Notes under the pieces: generated by a model
What the model was told of the DNA's origin: nothing
The model's input: only the letters and a program-made list of their open reading frames with translations
The model's database searches: none
Shown: piece after piece, positions 23,401-32,364 of the stretch
Position numbering within the stretch: position 1 is the first letter of the stretch
How the letters are laid out: every line of letters begins with the position of its first letter
Origin: Phoronis australis
Taxonomy: Eukaryota > Animalia > Phoronida
Length of the DNA: 64,000 bases
Direction of reading: 5' to 3'
NCBI GenBank assembly: GCA_002633005.1
Contig: NMRA01000329.1
Location: 209,219-273,218 of the forward strand
Position numbers and translations under genes: made by a program

Positions 23401-23961
23401 CTGAGAACGTCACAGTCAACGTGAACACAACTGCAAGATTCAAGTGCAATGCCGACTACCAGCTTTACGATCACAAAATCAGGGTAATATCTACTTGGAC
23501 CGGACGGGGGACATGGTCGACAGATGTTAAAAATTGTACAAGTAAGTGACTAATACAAGGCTATTGGAAATTCTGAAAAAAAAACTTTAAGTTGAATCAG
23601 TGTTTGGCAATTTTGAAAACTTGTAAAACGATCGCATTTCAAATAAAACTACTGAAGGACGTGATGTAATTCTAAATTTCCAAAATGTTATTGTAATGGA
23701 GTTTAGTTTGTTTCAAATGTATTTCACGGTTGCCACGTCACGTTAGTCATAAAACCTGAGTTCCCCTATTTTTAGTCAAAATATGCACAGCTGCAACACC
23801 GGTGTACAGCACCAGAAAGACTGAGAAGTCAGCATTCAACGTGAGCTCTGCTGTAATTTTCACTTGTGATTCTGGATATGAGTTGTCCGACCATAACAGC
23901 ACGATGAACTCCACGTGTACAGGGCAAGAAACATGGTCAGCTGTTGCTCATCGATGTATAC
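2292..23961 (+). CDS. Multi-exon sushi/CCP(SCR)-like domain array, 15 exons in 3 duplicated 5-exon cassettes; gene ends not identified
   Basis: 15 stop-free exons of 186/189 bp, all ending at GTRAG donors in phase 1-1. Consensus xTCxVP..N.TV.F.CD.GY.FPD..T...STC.G.E.WS..V..C fits the CCP C-C-C-W-C pattern. Confidence 0.8.
2764..2952 (+). CDS. Sushi-like exon B1 (lacks Cys1 and Trp)
   Basis: tttcag|..DKTYIDP..FECDVGYQLPD..STCDRRETLS..ICT|gtaagt; 189 bp. Confidence 0.75.
3922..4119 (+). CDS. Sushi-like exon C1 (uses upstream AAG acceptor; ancestral start 3934)
   Basis: TTCKVPALD..FNCDGGLKF..SACGEQELWS..SCK|gtaagt. Confidence 0.7.
4584..4769 (+). CDS. Sushi-like exon D1 (Cys3->Gly)
   Basis: ttttag|..MTCASS..FTCGYDDGLP..STGTGWGTW..NCT|gtaagt; 186 bp. 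Confidence 0.75.
4986..5171 (+). CDS. Sushi-like exon E1
   Basis: ttttag|..IACTVPT..LVCDGEHE..STCTGQETWS..QCI|gtaagt; 186 bp. Confidence 0.8.
6560..7551 (+). mobile_element. Decayed Ty3/Gypsy reverse-transcriptase fragment
   Basis: LDLTSAFKQL, RLTFWIKTAPSIFQ, YIDD (7243-7254), FIGH..KGIQP, LGMTNFY..IPKLS match Gypsy RT motifs. Interrupted by a MITE, with one N at 6768. Left boundary approximate. Confidence 0.8.
6979..7228. mobile_element. MITE (GGGCC termini, PIF/Harbinger-like) inserted in the Gypsy RT
   Basis: TIRs TGGGCCCGTTCCAA / TTGGAACAGGCCCA around an AT-rich interior. The RT frame resumes just after, at CYIDD. Confidence 0.7.
7622..7807 (+). CDS. Sushi-like exon A2
   Basis: Near-copy of A1; ttgtag| ... 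|gtaagc; 186 bp. Confidence 0.85.
8376..8564 (+). CDS. Sushi-like exon B2 (lacks Cys1 and Trp)
   Basis: Paralogue of B1; tttcag| ... |gtaagt; 189 bp. Confidence 0.75.
9582..9779 (+). CDS. Sushi-like exon C2 (upstream AAG acceptor; ancestral start 9594)
   Basis: TTCTVPTLDF..FDCYNGFRY..STCRGQEIWS..ACK|gtaagt. Confidence 0.7.
10271..10456 (+). CDS. Sushi-like exon D2 (Cys1->Phe, Cys3->Gly)
   Basis: ttttag|..MTFASP..FKCNDDYGLP..STGTGWVTW..NCT|gtaagt; 186 bp. Confidence 0.75.
10674..10859 (+). CDS. Sushi-like exon E2
   Basis: ttttag|..MTCTVLTP..LVCDGGHE..STCTGQETWS..RCI|gtaagt; 186 bp. Confidence 0.8.
11347..12522 (-). mobile_element. Insertion with two (TAAA)n tails; probably stacked 5'-truncated non-LTR 3' ends
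   Basis: Absent from the paralogous site in unit 1 (ccctacacggcagaa, about 5764-5778). (TTTA)n runs at about 11347 and 12441. No recognisable ORF. Confidence 0.5.
14585..14770 (+). CDS. Sushi-like exon A3
   Basis: ttgtag|..LTCTVPIPKFC..FTCEDGYEFP..STCIAHEKWS..NCS|gtgagt; 186 bp. Confidence 0.85.
15380..15565 (+). CDS. Sushi-like exon B3 (lacks Cys1)
   Basis: ttccag|..AKTDIAP..FSCDTHKLPD..STCEESETW..TCK|gtaagt; 186 bp. Confidence 0.75.
16354..18814. mobile_element. TTAA-flanked non-autonomous DNA element (GAG..CTC ends; Kolobok- or Sola3-like)
   Basis: TTAA|GAGACAGTC ... GACTGAACTC|TTAA. About 2.5 kb that is absent from the B-C intron of units 1 and 2. Confidence 0.5.
17445..17619. mobile_element. 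Small MITE (CAGTGGCGTAGC type)
   Basis: TIRs CAGTGGCGTAGCGAGT / ACTTGCTACGCCACAG; no clear TSD. Confidence 0.65.
18941..19126 (+). CDS. Sushi-like exon C3
   Basis: gtgtag|..MTCTVPTPDF..FTCDGGFKF..STCTGQETSS..TCT|gtaagt; 186 bp. Confidence 0.8.
19352..19447 (+). repeat. 96-bp direct repeat, 5' copy (partner 22974-23069)
   Basis: ATTCTAGATCA...GGTCGAAA...GCTGATGACAGC...AGGTAATT occurs at both element ends, with about 7 substitutions. Confidence 0.9.
22974..23069 (+). repeat. 96-bp direct repeat, 3' copy
   Basis: Partner of 19352-19447. Confidence 0.9.
23356..23541 (+). CDS. Sushi-like exon D3 (Cys3->Trp)
   Basis: ttttag|..MTCPAPTP..FKCNADYQL..STWTGRGTWS..NCT|gtaagt; 186 bp. Confidence 0.75.
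23776..23961 (+). CDS. Sushi-like exon E3
   Basis: ttttag|..KICTAATP..FTCDSGYEL..STCTGQETWS..RCI|gtaagt; 186 bp. Confidence 0.8.
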
Positions 23962-26853
23962 GTAAGTTGTATTGTATGGTCGACATGTATATCCCAAATG
24001 AAAATACTGAGATGAAAACGAGACCTGGGTTGGCGAAAAATGTCCATTTATTATGATGAAATGCAAGTGCATGGGATACTTGTATACAGAAAAAAAAATA
24101 TATTAACATGTACTAACTAATTATCTCTGGAGATGAGCAATGAAAAAGCGCCACCAAAGATGTTGTAAGATAGCTTATCCCCATCCGTAAGGACGCACAA
24201 AAGAGCGGAAGGAAATTGGAATATTGTGCAGGTTGACGTCTTAAAGTATGCTGTCAGCCGGCTACCTCGTCTTAACTCTGGTTGTCGGGGCTGGAGAGGT
24301 CTATTGAATAGCGATCCTTTTATTTCCCGTATCTAGACCCAATTAAAATTCGCCGCATTTTTACTGAATAGGCTTGTGCGACGGGGGTGATTAATGAAAT
24401 ACCGTGTTATATTCGGGTAATATGTTGTTATGAATCTTTCAAATACAACCCTGCAGCAAATAAAACCTCGGCAGTAAGAGACGTGGTCGGCAATCGATAC
24501 TTTCATTGTGTACATGTATTTCCTATTTTGACTATCTGTGCATGCCTTCAACTAGAAAAGATGTGCAAATGTGACGTGGGCAATGCGTAGTTTCGTTTGT
24601 GCTTGAGTTATGCGTAAACCTTATATTAGGAGGTCCGTGTGATTGAGTGATTCTTAAAATGTGCGTTGTGGACTTTGGTCGAGAGGGAGTGTTATTTTGG
24701 TTGTGACATGGGTGTTTGGTGTAATGGACAAGAGAAGAAGACGAGCAGGTACGTATCAGCAGCACTCAAACACGTTTTTGATATTTGTCACGAGAGGGCG
24801 AAACGATAGATATTTTCGGCCCAGTCTCATTTGCTGCACCACTGTCATACAAGAGCAGGACAACGTTTGGAAATCTAATCGTGCGACAGTCGTAGGAGCC
24901 TCATCTGCTACTGTCGGAACATATAGGCCCGCCTACAATGCACAACAACGTCGTATGACGCCTTTCTAAAACCAACTGGTCCACATAACGTCGTCCACTC
25001 GCAGCCTCACGAACTACACCAACTTCTTAGAGGGAAATTTCTTGGTGCACATTATTGTTTTAGGTACGTTAATAACGGTTTCCCCAAATTTCAGCCTGCA
25101 TCAATATTCATTGATTCTCGCATAATAGTCCTAAAACTAGTTCATGACTGATCAGTCGCTCTTCGCAGATAACATGTGACTTAGAAGAACCCTTACAAGT
25201 TGCCAGAAGAGGTATAATACGTCGCATCTGCTTGGCAGGCCTGTACCTGCATGGATTTGTCATTTTTTAAATTTTGCCAGTTTTTATATACCGTGCTAGA
25301 AAATTGAAAGCGCCGGCAAGTCCTCACTATCCCCAGTCCATATCATTGACTGACCTCTAGCGGACTCATATCAGGGTTTTTGTTGATTCCCGTACGACTG
25401 TGTCGATCATGGATGGATATGAGACAACTCCTAGGCAAACATTTGGGCTTTAACTACCCTGACGCCTAGCGGCGAGTCTAAGCCAGACTGTGGCTAGCCC
25501 AACATAATGTATATAATAGATTCACAAATTACGTAATGCGTTGTTTAGCCGCGATGCTGAAGAAAACCTATTCGCTAGTTTCTATTATAATGTTTTGACT
25601 TCGAAACTTGCATATATGCTAAAGAGGCGTGTTGGTTAACGACGGCCATAATCTTTTCTACCACTTTAGTTCAGTCAAGCCCATGAATAGCGACTAGTTC
25701 ACTTCAATCCGTGACGGCATCAAGCCTTTGCTGTACCGTGAACTTCGCTTAATACTCTTTCTCTTCTACTTGCGTGCAAATCTTAATTGTTAGCGAATTT
25801 ACCTAATGGAGATTTTAGAATTCTACCAAGACGTTTTTTGTGGCAAACTGACAACTGGAAAACATTTTAAACGACCACTTATCATTTTAGCAATAGACTT
25901 GTCTTAGAGTGTGTGCGGGCAATTTCTCTCAGTTTCCAGCAACAGCGGCAAAAGAATGCAAGCTCAAAAGGCTCAGTATGCACTGACTATGGAATTCGTT
26001 ATTTCAGGATGACAGGTGGCGCTTCAGCCTAGAAGTGATGTTCATGCCTGTTGCCAAGAGTCAATGAACGTTTCGGTCAGTAAACTCGCTTCTGTATCTA
26101 AGATACATAAATGATACGATATTTACGTAATCTTTGTATGAAGTTGTTAACAACACGTTGCATGTTGGAACGGGTAAATTTAATTGCGCTTTGAACAAAA
26201 GCTGCAGTGCAATTACTACACTTATGTAACTAATTAACTTGGAAATTTCAGGTGTCTCGGGATAAACCGGGCAGCAGATTTCCCAATATTTGTCTGTAAG
26301 CGGTAGAAACCATGACTGTGTGAGCGTCGGAGAAAGTTGTTGACCAAGGTTATGTCATAGCCCCGGGCAGTTAAACTAGTGACCGACCGCAACAAATCCG
26401 TCCTTTGTGTGTCAGAAATTAGGGTGTGTTAAGTATAAACGTCGGCAGACACCCAATCTCAACAATCGGCTGCTTCGTAGAACTCATCCTACACCCAGGG
26501 CCTACAAGTCGCTCCCCTTTAACAGAGCGGAAATACGTTGTGAATGTTTTCACTGTCGGACAGCACGAGATTACAGACTCTTGGTTGTTATGGGATTCTG
26601 AACGTGGAGGGATACTCTGAAGTTCTATGTCAATACGTCTGTGGAGTTTTGATTGCTGATGAGCGTTTAAGCTGCTCGGTTGTGAGACAAGAAACTCATA
26701 TCGTTTTGCTAAATCCTTTACAAATGTATGCTCGGTACTTATTTTCTGCTCATTTAATTTGAACTCACCACACGGGACAGGAGGTGCGTTCACCACGTCA
26801 CGAGATGGGTCACCGAAATAAACTAATTTTCTTCGGCATCGGAAAGTGGTAAC

Positions 26854-29800
26854 ATGAGAAACGCTTTAGAATGGGAGGAAGAGGCAGTATCGATGAGGGA
26901 ACTCTTGAAATACCCCCTGCCCCAAGTGGTAAAAGTATGCCCGGAGTCCATCGGTAACTTGGCGAATGAACCCGACGTACTTGAGGGACCGCAGACTGGG
27001 CTACCGGTGCTGCTACATTCCGCCCGAAGATGCTGCAAGGTATTAGTGGAAAATTTGGAATGGAACAAAACGACGAAAACTCATGACGCTTGTGGTCATC
27101 GCATGGTCATTCCTGTCAGTTATACAGGTGAGGTGAATAAACATGCAATTACTGATGTAACAGAATCGGTATTTGACCTAAGCCTACTGTAGCCTAAATA
27201 CACACAATTCACACTTCTGTTTGGCAAGCCTCGGCCAGCGGCATCGAGTTGGTAATGCTAGAAATTTTAAAATAACAGTTTGATTTGAATGCAGTACTCC
27301 AGCTATTACGTAGGCTTTCGCGGATAAAAATTCTTTGATCACGTTTCATTCTGACTCATTCGTAGAGAGATATATCTTTGGACAGGTCGGAAGTTCATAT
27401 ATATTTAAGTCTTGTTAGGTGTAACTGATGAGCTTTGGTGGACTCTTGCATTGTGGATTAAATTCTTTCATTCTCAAACTGAAACATGACCTGTGGTTAA
27501 GCTACGGAAATAAAGTCTAAATGAGCTGCTACAGTGTCAGTGTGAACGTCCAGTCCAAGGGTTTAGTATGGCACAAATATTCAATTCACTTCACTTAGAC
27601 TTTCCTCATTTCTACATGTAAATATGGCTGTGTTTTCGATCATGTCGACAGTATTTTCACTGAGAACACTAGAAGTCGCAAAATTAAAGTCGTGTAGTAC
27701 CTTATTGGCATCAGATCTTGTATGTTTAGCTAAATATCTAGACAATTGTAGATTTTAACTCATTGAAAATAGATATTTTCTGAAAGTGGAAAGCCTGCAT
27801 AACTGTTTGCAAATCAGCCATTTACTGTGCAACGTGACCATGCCTTTTTGAAAATTTCAGCAAAAAAGAAAGGTTGGTAGCAAAACAAACGGTATCAATA
27901 ACATGACCAAATTTCGTTTGATATAAATGTTTTAGATTGCTCAAAAACCTTTGTTTTTAATTTAAGTAACTTTTCATGTTTTCACCAGTCTTAAAAGTCC
28001 TTGACTACCGATTATGCAAAAGCGGGAGCGATTCCTAACAAGTGATTTGACAATACTACACTGTACATCAATAATAGACTGAGACTCTGAAAGTTTCACG
28101 TGAATTCGACGTTTGCCCAATTTGGACATTTATTAGGGTATGCGATTTCTTTAATGACATTACACAGCATTTTATCTGAAATTCACAATGAAAAATAACG
28201 TTTCAGTTCAGATTTACACGTACACTACCACAAAGCAACCCGATTAAATACCTAAGACACATATATACGCTTCAAATTCCTAAATTCAATACGATTCAGT
28301 TCTATTCCCAGAGAGCCAATCGCTTTGAACCTTTCCTAAATCGCCCGAGTGTCGTTATGCAAACCTTGAACCACATTTAAGTGGTCCTAGTGCTATCATT
28401 CTATTCACTGGCTAGACTAAGACAAATGACCACCGTGACTGTAGTCAATTCATTAAACCTAGCCAGGTGCTAGATGAATCAAATCCCCAAATCAAATACA
28501 ATATTATACACTTGTATGGGTTCTTAACCGCAGCACGCCAGTCAAGACAGTATTGGAATGTGCTGCAAACCGGCTCTAATGCAGTGTATACATTTATATA
28601 TCTCGCCTGCCAGAAATTTTGACAGTGTGACCAAACGTGAATTTGTTGGCGAACGGGAAATAGGGGACCTCTGAGGTAAATTCCGCAAACACGCAACAAC
28701 GAGGAGGGAAGGGCAAAAGCAAAATTGAAATAAGTGTTTGTCGGCCAAGGGAGGACCCGTTTTCGCCTGAAGGCTTTGTACCCCCGTGACTTCACCAGTG
28801 TGGCTACTGTTCTCGTACATCTGTGATGAACTACAAAAGTCGCCAAAAAACTTCATGTAACCGCAATTGGAACGCGCGTTTTTTAACCAGATCAGTGTAC
28901 CTAAAAATATTTCCCCCGCACAACTTACGATGTTGTGACAATGTGCACCGATTAGGAAACGGGGTCGTTTAGTGGTTGTTGTTGTTGGAATTTAAGTTAT
29001 GCTTGTCTACACCCACCTGTGTCGCCGTCCGCTATTGATGTCACAAAAGTTAATCTAAGCTCCTATTGTGTGGTACGTACAGAGTACATTAGTGATCTGG
29101 CTGCAATAGATTGAATTTGTGTCAAGGACAGAATCTGGTATTTTTAGCGTGTTTGGCTCCTGAAATTGAATCCCCCATGAAAAGTTAGTGTAGAACACTT
29201 CTTTCGCTGAAGAAATACTATAGAAATTAGCCAAATCGCTGCGAAGGGTTTTATTTCTTTACAACAATTTTGAGTTGAAGCGTGTTTACCTTAATACATG
29301 TATATTCATTATGCGTGGTAGATTGGCTTTTGCTTTGTGACATATCAGACAAAAGAGCGAGCCTTGATATCAGGCCTATGAAAACTGGTGTCGTCTGAAA
29401 TACGGACTAAACGCGGGAGTAAGTTAAGTAATGCGTTTCACAAGTTGTCAGTGCCCAAATTGACACACCCAAAAATTGCTATGATAATTTGTACAATATG
29501 TGTCGACTTGGACCTTCGATGCTGAGTCAAATTGTCGTATTTTATAGAACTTGTCATTCTGGGCCGTTGTGCCAGTTTCGGCCTTCAGGCGACAAGACTG
29601 GTTTTGGAGAACGACGAATCCATTTTGATTTCAGTTTTGTATAAGGCTGCATTAATTGGGCACGTTACTCTAATCATTACTGTTTTCTTGAACAGGATGG
29701 TTCGAGCTTATTCCAGAAACAGGGGGAGAGGACATTGAATACTGCGAAAGTATTTCACAGATTGGTGAGCGAAACTCAGAAGACTTCTTAGTTAGTGGAC

Positions 29801-31853
29801 CTGTACTCGGCTATCAGCGTTTGGGTGGTCGATTGTTACGTCATCGAGTGACGAAGGGGACTTTGTTGAAACTTGTATCAGTGTTTGAAAATAAAAGCGA
29901 GCCATCCCAAATACGGACATTTCTGAGAAGATTTAAGTGCTGCAGCCGTGTGTGGAACTTTGTTACCCACGACGACATCTTACGAGAAAAAACCTACGCC
30001 CATTGTTTAGATGACAATGGCGCTGATATATTACTTCCGTTCGACATGTCGGGCATTTTCTTTCCCGTTGGTAAACCTGGAACGAAACGATATGATGTAG
30101 TGTATCGTTTATGTGACATAATTAGGCATTTGGAATTACCGATCGACGTTCGACTTGTGGAAGGAAATGCTCCGATAGGGTCACAATTGTTTACGGGAAG
30201 ATTGCGCATTCTTCAGGAGTTCTCTGATGAGACGGCTATTGCAAAAACATTGGGAGAGAGTGAGGGCATTCAAAACATGTTTGAAATATCTGAAAATACT
30301 CCACTGGTATTCTTGCGATCGAAAAATTCCCAAGACATTGTATTCTCTAGCGCTTATAAATCTGCTTTGCGAATTTGTGATTCTAGAGCAGAGGCATATG
30401 CTTCGTCTATCAAATTCACTAAGACTGTTGAACCCGAAACTATGATAGATACGACTATGTGCTCCGAAACATCAGTAACGGTTTTAGATGATGAGCATGC
30501 TGATATACCCTTTGCAAGTCGGTGCCTTCCACCACTTCCAAAGGCAACGCCTGAAGAAGCGTTTGCACACGAACCTGACTATGCCATTATTCCGGGAGCA
30601 GACCTACCAGAAGCAGATGGATACTTAGTCCCTGCCGACGCAAACGAGTCGTCGTGCAAAATACAAGATGGTGTTTCTTCCGCCGTTATTTATTCGAATG
30701 TCACTAAAGAAAATAAAATGACACAAAGAAAACAACTAATGCAAAATCCTAATTCCTCGACGGTGTCAATAGTAAGCCCGGCACTTTGGATTCCAACCTA
30801 TCTGGAAGCGTGGAAGATTGCGAAGTGAACATTATCCTCTCTGACGAAGAGCAAAGCATGCTTGCACAACTAGAAACTCTATTTAACATATCTGCGGAAT
30901 CTCCTACAGAACAAGACCTGTCACCGCAATTAATTGAAAGAAAAGAAAGCATCGAAAGTATTCCTGCAGCCGTGACTCATGAGGAGAATGAAATCTGGTC
31001 TGCGGAAGAACGTTTTGAAGGTGGTCAGTCAAATTTAAGGCATAGACGAGTGAGTGAAGAATGGCTTAGAGAAGCGCGAGATGCGCGCCATAAAAGTGTT
31101 GCTGACTTTCGCCATTTTGACGATGAAGTATTCCAACGTCTCGCCACTCCTCCAACCGAACACAGAAGAAAAGACAACGCATTGTTACGTAATGCATTTG
31201 GGTCTTGTAACTCGGACGGCGAAGAATATGAAAGAAGACGACTCGGGTCAATCGACAGAGCTGCATCGACCAAGACGGCAAGGAAATTGAAAATGAACCC
31301 AAATGCAACCATCCGCGTCCACAACATCAGAAGGGATAGCCAAAAGAAACGGACACTAACGGGATATCATATTCCACGCTTGGCAAGAGCTTTTGTACAA
31401 GAAACAGACAGTCGTAGAAGAACTGACATGCCAGAAAAATTTTCACGACGCTCAACAACCCCCAGATCAAGACCAAAGAGACACGAAAGCGTATCGTCCA
31501 CCAATTCGGGAGTTTTGGATTCTGGCTTTATTTCTCCGCCTTCTCCGCGTGCAGCGTCTTATCACTCTGATTATAATTGGGAAGTCATGTCTGATGGTAC
31601 GTCCTCATTTGACCCGAGATGGATGCCTCCATACGATTTGTCCTCTTTAACTGTGGCCGAGGTTGTCAAATGCCTTCGCTATATCGGTATGAAACAATCT
31701 GTAATGAATAGATTTCGCGAAGAACAAGTCGACGGGAAGTTGTTTAAGGAACTCGACGACAATCTTTTACGCGAAGGATTTCCAGACTTAAATGCACTTG
31801 AAAGAAAAAAGATTACGGACTTCATCAGTGGATGGCGCCCACGCAAATCTTGA
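26854..31853 (+). CDS. CABIT-domain plus C-terminal SAM adaptor (GAREM/THEMIS-like); exons 26854-27127 and 29696-31853 with a frameshift near 30715-30828
   Basis: Exon 1 has LPQVVKV..VIPVSYT-G|gtgagg and splices in phase 1 to aacag|GWFELIP, in frame with ORF 29821 (LLPFDMSGIF..LPIDVRLVEG). The C-terminal SAM DLSSLTVAEVVKCLRYIG..VDGKLF..FISGWRP ends in the GAREM-type GWRP. Confidence 0.8.
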
Positions 31854-32364
31854 TTTCTTTCCCTTGAAAAACAGAATACAGGATAACATTACTTGATCAC
31901 GGCTTTATCTAATTTGCGAAATTAATAATAATCGTTATTTCCCAAACATAAAACAATACAAACATTCGTTATTTTTTAGATTTTTTGTAGTCCATTGCCA
32001 AAATTGCATTGGTAACTATTCGGTAATTCTTATTGTACTCGACGTCGTGAGCTATAAACGCAACGCAAAATTCGCCACTCATTTTGGTTTGCATTTTGCG
32101 TCGTTTCGTGTCGAAGAAATAAGGAATGCATCCCACCACTGCACGTTCCCCGCCCCCCCCCCCACACACACCTCAAATAGGTAGAAAAGGCAGCATCCCC
32201 GCTGTACATATAGGAGTTGAAATTTCCTTACCAACACTGAGGCATGCTCACACAAAATCAAATGCTCTACAATAACATTACATTAAGCTTATTGCAGCCA
32301 GCTTTAGCAACGGACTCCGAACATAAAATTTCTACACCCGATATTTCAGCCAAAAAGTACACTT

